From positions 1,382-65,381 of the forward strand of contig JBBTST010000005.1 in the NCBI GenBank assembly GCA_038064575.1: DNA of 64,000 nt, written 5' to 3'. The position numbers and the translations under genes were made by a program. Each line of letters starts with the position of its first letter. Within the stretch, counting starts at the first letter, position 1. Positions 45,456 through 54,435 of the stretch are shown in pieces. The notes beneath the pieces were generated by a model, which worked only from the letters and a program-made list of their open reading frames with translations, made no database searches and had not been told where the DNA came from. The stretch comes from Patescibacteria group bacterium (GTDB lineage Bacteria > Patescibacteriota > WWE3 > UBA101185 > 2-01-FULL-41-18).

Positions 45456-45476
45456 CCTCTGGCGCACCGGTGGGAT

Positions 45477-46343
45477 ATGAAAATTCCTCAGGAGCAAGAG
45501 GGAGATGGGACTCGACCAAGAGTACAGTCATGGTATTATATTTATGTGATCAAAAGGATATTCCAGAACATTTTTACAATTTTAGTTTTTATGACTTTAA
45601 TTACTAACTTGGTACTTGGATTTTTAATTGTTAGTAATTACAAATCTCAAACTTCTGTCAACGGTAATTCTGCTCAGGTTTCAGATTACGATTATTCAAA
45701 AATAAATTTAGTGAGAGATTCAGTAACTGAACTAATGAAAAAAACGCATTTTGAGAGGAGAAACGAATTCTTTAGAAGAAATGCTAAATATTTTAGAACT
45801 AAAAATAACATCAAAGAGTTAACTTTGGAATTTGGTTTTGACAGACCTTCATCATATGATTTTTCTAATAATTACACTTATTTGATGAGCGCCTGTTATT
45901 ACGATGAGTCACAAGACTGTGTAGGACCAGAACTGACAAATGCAGGCATTGAAGTGACACAAGACGAGAGTATAAGTACAGTAGAAATTCAAGAAATTTA
46001 TTTTGTGCAACTAAATAACAATCCAGTATATTTTGTAACCATGAAAACTGATGTAGGAATTAGATATGCATTATTTTATCCAGGAGACATTTCCAAGCCT
46101 GGATTGTCATATTATTCATATTTATCCAACTATAAGGTAATAAACTCTAGTCCGGACAACCATGAAATATTTAGTGTAGTAAAAAGTATGGATAAAGATA
46201 TGGTATTTGCACATTCCGTTAGAGATGAGGATGTCTCTGGTGTTAGGCATTCATTAAAAATAAATATAGTAGACAATAAAGTGGACGTTGAATTGGAGCG
46301 GGAGACGGGGCTCGAACCCGCAGCCTCTACCTTGGCAAGGTAG
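45477..46343 (+). CDS. hypothetical secreted/membrane-anchored protein. The ORF as listed reads about 50 nt into the antisense of tRNA-Gly.
   Basis: 288 aa with an N-terminal TM helix. The last ~16 codons (..VELERETGLEPAASTLAR) are the reverse complement of tRNA-Gly. The true C-terminus is uncertain. Confidence 0.3.
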   Translation: MKIPQEQEGDGTRPRVQSWYYIYVIKRIFQNIFTILVFMTLITNLVLGFLIVSNYKSQTSVNGNSAQVSDYDYSKINLVRDSVTELMKKTHFERRNEFFRRNAKYFRTKNNIKELTLEFGFDRPSSYDFSNNYTYLMSACYYDESQDCVGPELTNAGIEVTQDESISTVEIQEIYFVQLNNNPVYFVTMKTDVGIRYALFYPGDISKPGLSYYSYLSNYKVINSSPDNHEIFSVVKSMDKDMVFAHSVRDEDVSGVRHSLKINIVDNKVDVELERETGLEPAASTLAR

Positions 46344-46368
46344 CGCTCCACCATTGAGCTACTCCCGC
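46294..46368 (-). tRNA. tRNA-Gly (anticodon GCC)
   Basis: Acceptor GCGGGAG/CTCCCGC, anticodon stem CTACC/GGTAG with loop TTGCCAA, T-arm GCGGGTTCGAGCCCCGT, discriminator U, and an encoded CCA. Confidence 0.85.
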
Positions 46369-46407
46369 AATTTTTTGATTAAACTTAACCGTTTCAAAAG
46401 TACTTTC

Positions 46408-46494
46408 TGGTGGGCGAGAGAGGACTCGAACCTCCACAGATTTTACTCCATATGCACCTCAAGCATACGCGTATGCCAATTCCGCCACTCGCCC
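46408..46494 (-). tRNA. tRNA-Leu (anticodon GAG), class II
   Basis: Acceptor GGGCGAG/CTCGCCC, anticodon stem TATGC/GCATA with loop TTGAGGT, a long variable arm, T-arm GGAGGTTCGAGTCCTCT, and an encoded CCA. Confidence 0.8.
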
Positions 46495-46552
46495 ATACTG
46501 CCCAAAACTTAAGAATATTAACACAAATTCCAGGCCCTCAGGAAAAGCTTTT

Positions 46553-46640
46553 TGGTGCTGAAGGTGGGAGTTGAACCCACACCTCCTTTTGGGAGACTGC
46601 CCTCTGAAGACAGCGTGTCTGCCAATTCCACCACTTCAGC
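46553..46640 (-). tRNA. tRNA-Leu (anticodon CAG), class II
   Basis: Acceptor GCTGAAG/CTTCAGC, anticodon stem CTGTC/GGCAG (one G-U) with loop TTCAGAG, variable arm TCTCC-CAAAA-GGAGG, T-arm GTGGGTTCAACTCCCAC, and an encoded CCA. Confidence 0.8.
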
Positions 46641-46749
46641 AAAATTCAAAAGCCCTGTTATTATATCCCAGAGTCTGTTTATTCAAAAGTAATCACATGT
46701 TAGAATTGTTGGCGTCAGACAGCCCTGCACTTGCTGTTTTAACAGGCTT

Positions 46750-46824
46750 GAGTCCGTAGCTCAACGGTAGAGCAGCTCCCTCTTAAGGAGTTGGTTGAGA
46801 GTTCGAATCTCTCCGGGCTCACCA
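46750..46824 (+). tRNA. tRNA-Lys (anticodon CUU)
   Basis: Acceptor GAGTCCG/CGGGCTC (one G-U), D-arm GCTCAACGGTAGAGC, anticodon stem GCTCC/GGAGT with loop CTCTTAA, T-arm GAGAGTTCGAATCTCTC, and an encoded CCA. Confidence 0.8.
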
Positions 46825-46866
46825 CTATAATTTCCACTTTTCCTCAAACATATTATACTTCTATAA

Positions 46867-47994
46867 ATGCTTAAAATCGGTCATCTTCTTTTTTATGCTG
46901 AAACCCTTCACGTTATATACTTAATTCTTCTCAATTCAGCCAAAACTCATTTGATGGGCATTCCTCCAAGAAAGGAAGAGGATCTTACTACCATGGCTAA
47001 AAACATACTCTTGGAAAATTTGCATTTCCCATTGGTTTATGCCGGTCAGGGCCACTTTAAGCTTATGTGGCTTGCGGATTTTGCTATGGCCTTTAATGGG
47101 CTGTTCAAAGTAATTGAGGCTGACAAGCTAAAAAGAGTCATTCAGTTTATGATTAACACCTCTTATAAACAAAATCATGTTTTTACTTCTTACTCCAACA
47201 AAGCAGGCTTTGATGCCCCATATTCAAGGGCAGACAGTCTCCCTTGGCTGTTACATTGTGTCAGCCAGCACACAACACTCACTAACACTAAAGATCTTCT
47301 CAATGCAAACAGGCAAAAACTTGAGCTCTTACTTTCAGGCTATGAAGAAACTTATTGTGACAAAGACGGACTTATAAAAGATTCTGTTGTGGGAGACTGG
47401 ATTGATACTATAAAAAGACCTTCTTCTACTTGGAATAATATTCTCGCTCTTTACACCTTTAAAATGGCAAGGCACTTAAATCTAAAGACAGCAGTAAGCT
47501 TGGAAAAGCTTGAAATTAAACTATTAGAACAGCGCTACAAAGATGGCTACTTGTTGGATTACTTTGACTCAGCATTTTCAAGCCTAGATTCAGCCGTGTT
47601 AGCTTTATATTTAGAGCTTTTTGATAAAACTGTTAGAACAAACCTTGCCCTAAAGCTTAAAAACGCTTCAAATACAACCTCAATCCCGTGCGCAATTAAG
47701 CCGGCCCTTCAAAACTATCCTAAAAGCATAACCCCCCTCGTAACTAGACTAACTTGTGATGGGTACCACTCCAAAGCTTGCTGGCCTCACCTGGGACTAA
47801 TGTACCTAAATGGTCTAAGAAGTCTTAATATTCCTTACACAAATGAACTGGACTCCATAGAAAAAGTATTTTGGAAACACAAAAACTTTGTTGAAGTTGT
47901 GTCAGATGATGGGAATTTTTTTAAAAAGATCTTAACATCCGACCACAGTTTCACAATGGCAGCAGGGCAATATCTTGAACTAATATCAGCTTAG
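46867..47994 (+). CDS. hypothetical protein (375 aa)
   Basis: Long ORF following the tRNA cluster. Alpha-helical, with no motif recognised. Confidence 0.4.
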   Translation: MLKIGHLLFYAETLHVIYLILLNSAKTHLMGIPPRKEEDLTTMAKNILLENLHFPLVYAGQGHFKLMWLADFAMAFNGLFKVIEADKLKRVIQFMINTSYKQNHVFTSYSNKAGFDAPYSRADSLPWLLHCVSQHTTLTNTKDLLNANRQKLELLLSGYEETYCDKDGLIKDSVVGDWIDTIKRPSSTWNNILALYTFKMARHLNLKTAVSLEKLEIKLLEQRYKDGYLLDYFDSAFSSLDSAVLALYLELFDKTVRTNLALKLKNASNTTSIPCAIKPALQNYPKSITPLVTRLTCDGYHSKACWPHLGLMYLNGLRSLNIPYTNELDSIEKVFWKHKNFVEVVSDDGNFFKKILTSDHSFTMAAGQYLELISA

Positions 47995-47997
47995 TAT

Positions 47998-49098
47998 TTA
48001 AGGCATTTTATATAACAGCCTGTACTGAGGAGTTCTTATACTAAGCGGATTGACAACTCCCAAAATATTATTAAATTTATAGCTTAACCCTGAAAACAGT
48101 TGGTCTATAAAAGAGCCCGACTTTATCTTAACAACTTTGTACTTTTGTAAATTCGCTTTTAATGCAGTTGCTGCAATAGCACTATCTAAAGTCCCAACCT
48201 CATCAATAAGCCCTGCATTTTTTGCAGCAATTCCGGAGTAAATTTTTCCCTCTGCCAATTCGGAGGCTTTCTCAAAAGGTATTTTCCTGCCCTCTGAAAC
48301 TCTGCTTAAAAACATATTGTAGGCATCATTTATCATTAAATCTATCATTTCATGTTCTTCTTTTGTCATTTCCCTGGAATCGCTTAGTATATCTTTATAT
48401 TTTCCGGCTTTAAAAGTATTCTTTTTCACGCCTACTTTTTCATATAAGCCCTCAAGGTTATAAGCTTCCATAATTACTCCAATTGAACCTGTTATTGTTG
48501 CAGGATTGGCTATTATATAGTCTCCCGCTGAGGAGATATAGTATCCCCCGGAAGCTGCTATATCACCCATCAGAACAACTATTGGAATATCCTTCTCTTT
48601 TTTAAAATCTTTAATCACTTCAAATATTCTGTCTGAAGCTACCGCTGAACCTCCGGGAGAAGAAACATAAATCAATAAAGCTTTGAAATCCTTATCTGCT
48701 CTAACAATATTAAGGAAATTTTCTACTCCAACTGGAGTGATAGCTTTTAATCCTCCAATAAAAGGTTGGTTTGCCACCTCTTCTTCCACAATTTCTCCGC
48801 TTAGTTCCAGGTAGGCTATTTTGTCTTCTCCTCCGTAGTCTCTATACACCTCCTGAGAGGAGTCTTTATAATCGGTTAAAATTTTGTCTCCGGAAACACC
48901 TATTAACCCAGTGACTATTGCAAATAACACAAGCAGATAACCTAGCACAATTGAAGCCATGCTTCCAATTCCTCTAAAAGTCCACTTTAGCATCTCAGAA
49001 ATAAGTTTTAGAATAAAAGAGAAAAATCTTTCAAAAATATCCTTCTCCTTTGGATTTTGCAGTTCATTTGAATTTAAAGGGGCAGAGTCAATTAGCAT
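47998..49098 (-). CDS. sppA: signal peptide peptidase SppA (S49 family)
   Basis: 366 aa with an N-terminal TM helix and a ClpP/crotonase-fold S49 region carrying the SppA serine context (SSPGGSAVASD...SGGYYISSAGD...GSIGV). Confidence 0.7.
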   Translation of the reverse strand: MLIDSAPLNSNELQNPKEKDIFERFFSFILKLISEMLKWTFRGIGSMASIVLGYLLVLFAIVTGLIGVSGDKILTDYKDSSQEVYRDYGGEDKIAYLELSGEIVEEEVANQPFIGGLKAITPVGVENFLNIVRADKDFKALLIYVSSPGGSAVASDRIFEVIKDFKKEKDIPIVVLMGDIAASGGYYISSAGDYIIANPATITGSIGVIMEAYNLEGLYEKVGVKKNTFKAGKYKDILSDSREMTKEEHEMIDLMINDAYNMFLSRVSEGRKIPFEKASELAEGKIYSGIAAKNAGLIDEVGTLDSAIAATALKANLQKYKVVKIKSGSFIDQLFSGLSYKFNNILGVVNPLSIRTPQYRLLYKMP

Positions 49099-49230
49099 AT
49101 ATAAGCTTGGTAATTATAACCCAAAAGATTAGACAACATAAGGAGTAGTATTTTCAAGCCCCTCATTTAGTGTTACTTATACTTTTACATAGTGTTTTTA
49201 AATGCGCACCCTCACTTCCACCTTCTCACA

Positions 49231-49306
49231 TGGTGCGCCCTAGAGGATTTGAACCCCTAACCCCTTCGTCCGAAGCGAAGTGCTCTATCCATTGAGCTAA
49301 GGGCGC
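49231..49306 (-). tRNA. tRNA-Arg (anticodon UCG)
   Basis: Acceptor GCGCCCT/AGGGCGC, anticodon stem CTTCG/CGAAG with loop CTTCGGA, T-arm GGGGTTCAAATCCTC, and an encoded CCA. Confidence 0.85.
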
Positions 49307-49356
49307 ATCAAAAGCTTCAATTGCCATTTATTATACCGCATTGTACTATTTAGGCT

Positions 49357-49809
49357 ATGTCTGAGGAAAAAAAGAAGGTTTTGGTTTTGCTTCTAGCTTC
49401 TGCATCAGTTCTATTAAGTATTGCGTATTTATACTTCCAAAAACCTGCTGCAAAATCAGTAGCAGAAAAAAAGGAAGAAAAAAATCAAAAACCTTCAAGG
49501 TTTAGAATTGATCTGACTATAATAAATGGCAAAACCCTTCAAAATTTTCAACCTAAGGTGGATGAAGGCTCTACCATACTTGATTTCATGGAAGATCTAA
49601 GGCAAAAAGATGAGCTAAAATATGAGATCACCAAATATTCTTATGGAAACATAATAGAATCCATAAATACTGTAGAAAATAACAAACAATTGGGCATGTC
49701 TTGGAAGCTATACATTAATAATAATCTTTCAGAAGAACTAATAGACAAGACTAAAGTTGATAGAGATAATAAATATAAGTGGATATATGAGAAAGATACA
49801 CAAAAATGA
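49357..49809 (+). CDS. membrane-anchored hypothetical protein
   Basis: 150 aa with an N-terminal TM helix. No domain recognised. Confidence 0.4.
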   Translation: MSEEKKKVLVLLLASASVLLSIAYLYFQKPAAKSVAEKKEEKNQKPSRFRIDLTIINGKTLQNFQPKVDEGSTILDFMEDLRQKDELKYEITKYSYGNIIESINTVENNKQLGMSWKLYINNNLSEELIDKTKVDRDNKYKWIYEKDTQK

Positions 49810-50189
49810 GTGAGCTAAATGACATGTTAAACTCTCACCACCCTAAAAGGCACGCCAGAAGGTTCTATCACGCCTTTAAAGGCTTGGAGCATGTGTTTAG
49901 AAATGAAGCTAATTTTAGGATACATGTGGTGGCAGCTGTTACTGCGTCTCTTCTTGCCTCTTACCTTAACTTCTCAACCACAGAATGGCTGGTCCTTGTA
50001 TTAACCATGGGCTTTGTTCTGATTACTGAGATTCTTAATACCCTGATTGAAGAAATGATAGACCACCTAATCACTGAGCATCATGAAGCTGCAAGAATAA
50101 TAAAAGACGTTGGTGCAGCATCTGTTTTAATGGCTGCTATTATAAGTGTGGTTTCAGGAGCACTCTTATTTATTCCCAAGCTTTTTTAA
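49806..50189 (+). CDS. dgkA: diacylglycerol / undecaprenol kinase DgkA
   Basis: 127 aa with three TM helices and the DgkA motif EILNTLIEEMID. Overlaps the upstream gene by 4 nt. Confidence 0.7.
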   Translation: MSELNDMLNSHHPKRHARRFYHAFKGLEHVFRNEANFRIHVVAAVTASLLASYLNFSTTEWLVLVLTMGFVLITEILNTLIEEMIDHLITEHHEAARIIKDVGAASVLMAAIISVVSGALLFIPKLF

Positions 50190-50804
50190 CAATTGATTTA
50201 GTTTTAGCTTAAGCTCCCTCCTGTTTTCCTCTTCAGAAAGTATGTGAGCAACCCCCGGCAATACGGATAGAACTATTATTAAAACAAGTATAGGAAGCAG
50301 GTATTTATCAACATCCGGTATCAAAGCCCCCAGGAAATAGCCAAGCAGAGTCAAACCAAAAGCCCATATAATCCCGCCAATAACATTGTAAGAAACAAAA
50401 GTCTTATAGTGCATGTCTGCAGCTCCGGCTACAATTGGCGCAAAAGTCCTTACTGCGGGAACAAATCTGGCCAATATAATTGTCTTGCCACCATGTTTTT
50501 CATAAAATTTCTTGGCTGACTCTAAATGCCTCTTTTTAAACAGCAAACTATCTTCTTTATTAAATACCTTATTTCCAAGCTTTCTTCCAAACCAGTACCC
50601 TACGGAATCTCCGGAAATTGCAGCTATTGTAAGAAGAGGCAATAATATATAAATATTTAGTAGGTTTTGTGAGGCCAAAAAACCTGCCGTAAACAAAAGG
50701 CTATCTCCCGGTAAAAAAAACCCAAAAAAAAGACCAGATTCAGCAAAAACTATTGAAAAAAGCCCAAGATAACCCGTACTTCTAATAAGTTCTTCCAAAT
50801 GCAT
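50166..50804 (-). CDS. DedA family membrane protein
   Basis: 212 aa with a DedA/SNARE-associated pattern (GYLGLFSIVFAESGLFFGFFLPGDSLLF). Confidence 0.7.
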   Translation of the reverse strand: MHLEELIRSTGYLGLFSIVFAESGLFFGFFLPGDSLLFTAGFLASQNLLNIYILLPLLTIAAISGDSVGYWFGRKLGNKVFNKEDSLLFKKRHLESAKKFYEKHGGKTIILARFVPAVRTFAPIVAGAADMHYKTFVSYNVIGGIIWAFGLTLLGYFLGALIPDVDKYLLPILVLIIVLSVLPGVAHILSEEENRRELKLKLNQLLKKLGNK

Positions 50805-50826
50805 TGTAAGATTCTACACTAAACTT

Positions 50827-51354
50827 TTATTTGGTGCAGGCGTTAGCATTCCAAAGTCCCCTACCCTCTTCTTCCGCTAACTTCTGAGCTTTTTTAAACT
50901 CGATTTGAAACTTATACGGGTACTTATAGGTATATTCGTAAGCATACCCTTCTTTAATCATAAGTTCATTAATAAAGGGGCCATCTTGTAGGTACGCATA
51001 CCTTAACAACCTCCCATATCTATCAACCACATCCTGCGACTCATCCAAGTCAAGTCGAACATACTTATTATATATAAGCTCTTTTGCCTTAGAACTTGCC
51101 TCTTTACCAAAACACTCAACTTTTCTTCTTGGATCTACTGTTTCAGGAGTATTAACACCTATAAGTCTAATTCTTTGTTTTTTGCCTTGAATTACTACAT
51201 CAAACGTATCCCCATCAACTACTTTTTGAACAAGATAATAAGCTTGCCCATCAGTACCTTGCACTTCACTAGGCCTGCCAAATGAGGCAATAACATAAAT
51301 CAAAAGGCTCGTAGCCAAAGCCAAAACAATCAGAACCTTTTTTTGTTTTGTCAC
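50827..51354 (-). CDS. secreted thermonuclease (SNase-like)
   Basis: 175 aa with a signal anchor and an SNase fold (VVDGDTFDV...RLIGVNTPE...RYGRLL.Y). Confidence 0.65.
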   Translation of the reverse strand: MTKQKKVLIVLALATSLLIYVIASFGRPSEVQGTDGQAYYLVQKVVDGDTFDVVIQGKKQRIRLIGVNTPETVDPRRKVECFGKEASSKAKELIYNKYVRLDLDESQDVVDRYGRLLRYAYLQDGPFINELMIKEGYAYEYTYKYPYKFQIEFKKAQKLAEEEGRGLWNANACTK

Positions 51355-51381
51355 AAATGCATTTTAGTATATTTTGAATTT

Positions 51382-52095
51382 TTAGAACACGGGATTTAAT
51401 GAGTAAATCATATAAAATCCTAGTATCAGCAAGAAAAGCCCTATGCCAAGCCTCATAAGACCTCTATGCTCTTTCCTCCAGCTCTCCAAAGCGTCAGAGG
51501 AAGTGCCAAAATAAGCAATACCAATGATTACAAACAAAGGCAGCACAAAAATCAAATTATACAGAAGCAGCAAAGGAACAGCAGATGAATAAAGACCCTT
51601 AGACAAAAGTCCAAGAATTGCAAGATATGGAGCGCCCGTACAAGGAAGCTCAACAGCAACAACAAAAAGCCCTAACATAACGGTAGTTGCAATTAATAAA
51701 AATGGATGGCTTTGCTCCATTTTCTCCATTTTACTCGTGTACATTTTAATTCTCTCAGCTCCACCTGGGAGAATCTGAAGAGAAAAGCCTTTCCCATACC
51801 AAAAGTAGTCCTTAATTTCCAAAAGACCCGCAACTATAGCTATAAGTGCCGCCATCCAATAAAAAAAGTTAGAAACTCCGGTTGATGCTGTAAATTTCAG
51901 TATTCCTATACCAAGCACCAAATATGCTACATATACAACAGATGTATACAATAGGCCAAAAAGTACCATTTTTTTAGCACTTTTAAAAAGCTTTGTCATG
52001 AAGGCTATCAAAAAAATCAGGACTCCAAAGACACAAGGATTGATACTATCTACCAAAGCTGCCACAATTACTATAGGAAGTGTTATTTCTTGCAT
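51382..52095 (-). CDS. cytochrome c-type biogenesis / thiol-disulfide transporter CcdA-like protein
   Basis: 237 aa with six TM helices and conserved Cys in TM1 (NPCVFGV) and TM4 (LPCTGAPY). Confidence 0.65.
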   Translation of the reverse strand: MQEITLPIVIVAALVDSINPCVFGVLIFLIAFMTKLFKSAKKMVLFGLLYTSVVYVAYLVLGIGILKFTASTGVSNFFYWMAALIAIVAGLLEIKDYFWYGKGFSLQILPGGAERIKMYTSKMEKMEQSHPFLLIATTVMLGLFVVAVELPCTGAPYLAILGLLSKGLYSSAVPLLLLYNLIFVLPLFVIIGIAYFGTSSDALESWRKEHRGLMRLGIGLFLLILGFYMIYSLNPVF

Positions 52096-52101
52096 AGCTA
52101 T

Positions 52102-52935
52102 TTACTTTTCCTCTAACAATACATCCGCAAAGGCGGCAAGGCTCTCAAGCTTTTGCAAGCCCTCCAACCTTTTAATTTCAACCCCATCTTGTTCAATTAT
52201 AAAAGTGGGCGTCTTTGTTACTCTCATTTTAAGACACCTTCCAGGATCGCCTCCGGGCCCATCCGGATGGCACTCAACTGCATTTAGTTTAGTATAGGCT
52301 TTACCTAACAACAGTTCTTGACGCTTACAGTTACTGCATTTAAAAGACTTATAATAAATTACGCCTTTTGCATTCATTGCCTCAACAAAAGGTGTGTAAT
52401 CCTTTTTTGTAGAATTTCCGGTCTGAGCAAAGAAAGTTACACCTGAAAGCACTACACCGGCTATAACCACAGGAATAGATAATCTGGCAATATTAGAAAA
52501 ATTCTCTTTCATTGCCAAGAATGACGTTATAAGAATTAGTAGCATTAATATTTTTGAGGTTTCACACAGCACACAATAGGAATTGATAAATAATATTTCA
52601 GTGAGTGTAAAATAAAGCGATGGTATCAAAACAAGAAGAGTCAAAAAGAAAAGGGCTTGAAAGGCATCTCTGGTTTTTTTAAAAAGTACCCATAAAAGAG
52701 CAAAACCAAAGTAACCCATACCAAGAACAGAGATAGGAAGACCAAAGACTTCCGAATAAATACTTGTAGTAACAACATCGCATGAAATTTTTTCAGAAAT
52801 ATCACAGAAAGACCTGGCCAAAGTAAAGTGAATATAGGTCAAATAAGCCATTATCACAAACCCAGCCAAAGACACCACACCCACTACCACCCTAGGTACC
52901 CTATTTTGCTTATCTAATTCATGAGTCAATGCCAT
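52102..52935 (-). CDS. vitamin K epoxide reductase (VKOR) fused to a thioredoxin-like domain
   Basis: 277 aa. The VKOR TM core has a CxxC pair (CVLCETSK) and a loop Cys pair. The C-terminal Trx-like domain has CSNCKRQ. Confidence 0.65.
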   Translation of the reverse strand: MALTHELDKQNRVPRVVVGVVSLAGFVIMAYLTYIHFTLARSFCDISEKISCDVVTTSIYSEVFGLPISVLGMGYFGFALLWVLFKKTRDAFQALFFLTLLVLIPSLYFTLTEILFINSYCVLCETSKILMLLILITSFLAMKENFSNIARLSIPVVIAGVVLSGVTFFAQTGNSTKKDYTPFVEAMNAKGVIYYKSFKCSNCKRQELLLGKAYTKLNAVECHPDGPGGDPGRCLKMRVTKTPTFIIEQDGVEIKRLEGLQKLESLAAFADVLLEEK

Positions 52936-53397
52936 CTATTTATTTTTTTTACTAATAAAATACAACAAAGCCAAGGGTGCTCCCCAGTTTGCCCATCTCT
53001 CAACAAAATCCCAAATCGGTTCCTTTACTAAAGGTCTTAGAAGAGCCGTAAAGAATCCCCATACAATAGCCCATAATAGAGCCGGTTTCATAGGCTTAAC
53101 CAAAATACTTAATGCTATAAGTATATCAAAAGCACCCACTAACATAAGCATTGTTGTAGCCATAGGGGTATCAACACCTGTCAATTTTGAAATCCAGCCA
53201 ATCCATTGAGCTTTTTTTTGAAGCGCAAAAATTCCATGTCCAAAAAACTCTCCAAACACTGCTACCCTTAGAGCCCAAACAACATATTTCTCCTGTAGGT
53301 ATTTTTCCATAAAATCCCCTTTCAGTAATTTTAAGTACTTATAATATTCTGTATCACAAAATAACACATGTAAAGGGGATATAACGCATAGACACAA
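52936..53397 (-). CDS. DoxX family membrane protein
   Basis: 153 aa with four TM helices. Immediately upstream of the VKOR fusion, with no gap. Confidence 0.5.
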   Translation of the reverse strand: MCLCVISPLHVLFCDTEYYKYLKLLKGDFMEKYLQEKYVVWALRVAVFGEFFGHGIFALQKKAQWIGWISKLTGVDTPMATTMLMLVGAFDILIALSILVKPMKPALLWAIVWGFFTALLRPLVKEPIWDFVERWANWGAPLALLYFISKKNK

Positions 53398-53440
53398 GCT
53401 AATATGACCTCTTACTAACTGTAACTTTAAAGTGGGTGGT

Positions 53441-53968
53441 TTATGATTCTAAATAGTCCAAAACGCCATTCTTATTTATATCATCACTGTTTTTAAAACT
53501 GAAGTCATCTTCTGAAGGGTGTTTATCAAAAACATTTGGTACCCCATCCATATCCAAATCCGTAAAATACTCTGCCTGGCTTACCAGTGGATCGGGATCA
53601 AGAGCATCCACTATACCGTCAAAGTCAGAATCACTGTCAAATCCCTGGTCTACTACGGTAACATAGGTGATTACCTGAGGAGTCTGAATCACTGTTTCAA
53701 CTTGTACTTCCTTTTGCTTTGGTACTGTTTCAGTTCTTACTTCAATATATTCTTCCTCTGCTTCTTTTTTAACTTTCCCTTCACCCTCATCTTCATCTTC
53801 TTCATCCTCTTTCTCATCTTCCCTGTCTTCTTCTTCACTTTTTTCACCTTTCTCTTCTTCCTCCGCATGGGCTCTTTGCACAAAGAAACTTGAGTTTCCA
53901 TTACTAAAAACCAGTACTAAACTAAATACAAAAATTAGGAATAGTATATAACTGGTTTTTATTTTCAT
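53441..53968 (-). CDS. secreted acidic protein with calcium-binding type-3-like repeats
   Basis: 175 aa with a signal peptide, an E/D-rich stretch, and DxDxDGxxDxxD repeats (DSDSDFDGIVDALDPD, DLDMDGVPNVFD, DINKNGVLD). Confidence 0.4.
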   Translation of the reverse strand: MKIKTSYILFLIFVFSLVLVFSNGNSSFFVQRAHAEEEEKGEKSEEEDREDEKEDEEDEDEGEGKVKKEAEEEYIEVRTETVPKQKEVQVETVIQTPQVITYVTVVDQGFDSDSDFDGIVDALDPDPLVSQAEYFTDLDMDGVPNVFDKHPSEDDFSFKNSDDINKNGVLDYLES

Positions 53969-53969
53969 A

Positions 53970-54392
53970 TTAAGACGCTTTCGTACTTTTTGTAACCTTT
54001 GGCTTAGAAGTTTTTATACTTACTGCAGAGCTGGTCTTGACGGGGGCAGAACTCTTTTTTGTTTGAACCTGCGCCGTGGAGGGCTTGGACGGGGTTGTTG
54101 AGGAGGCGATTGATCTTGTATGCTCCTTAACTTTTCCTGGTTGCTCCCTTAATATCTGTTCATACTGAGTCTTAGCTTCCGCCATTAACTTTGAGTACTC
54201 CAATTTGATTTTATTTTTCTCAGCTTCAAATTCCTGCTTAGCAAGATCCTGTTCCCAAGAAAGCTTAGCAGCCCTTTCCAGTTCTTTTTGCATTTTTTTA
54301 TTTTTCTCAGCAAAAGATACACCAATAAAGGAACCAATCAGTAGAACTAAGGTCAGTATCAATGCAAGTACTCTAACTTTTATCTTTGTCAT
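53970..54392 (-). CDS. secreted hypothetical protein, S/T/K-rich
   Basis: 140 aa with a signal anchor, a coiled-coil and a low-complexity C-terminus. Confidence 0.35.
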   Translation of the reverse strand: MTKIKVRVLALILTLVLLIGSFIGVSFAEKNKKMQKELERAAKLSWEQDLAKQEFEAEKNKIKLEYSKLMAEAKTQYEQILREQPGKVKEHTRSIASSTTPSKPSTAQVQTKKSSAPVKTSSAVSIKTSKPKVTKSTKAS

Positions 54393-54435
54393 ACTAACTA
54401 GAATACCAAACAGTAAATTAAGAGTAGATTAAGAC

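Noticed and set aside
49195-49230. GCGCACC ... GGTGCGC inverted repeat flanking the 3' end of tRNA-Arg as a possible att duplication
   Set aside because: It is an inverted rather than direct repeat of only 7 nt that overlaps the tRNA acceptor. It is more simply a terminator-like hairpin for the convergent SppA gene.
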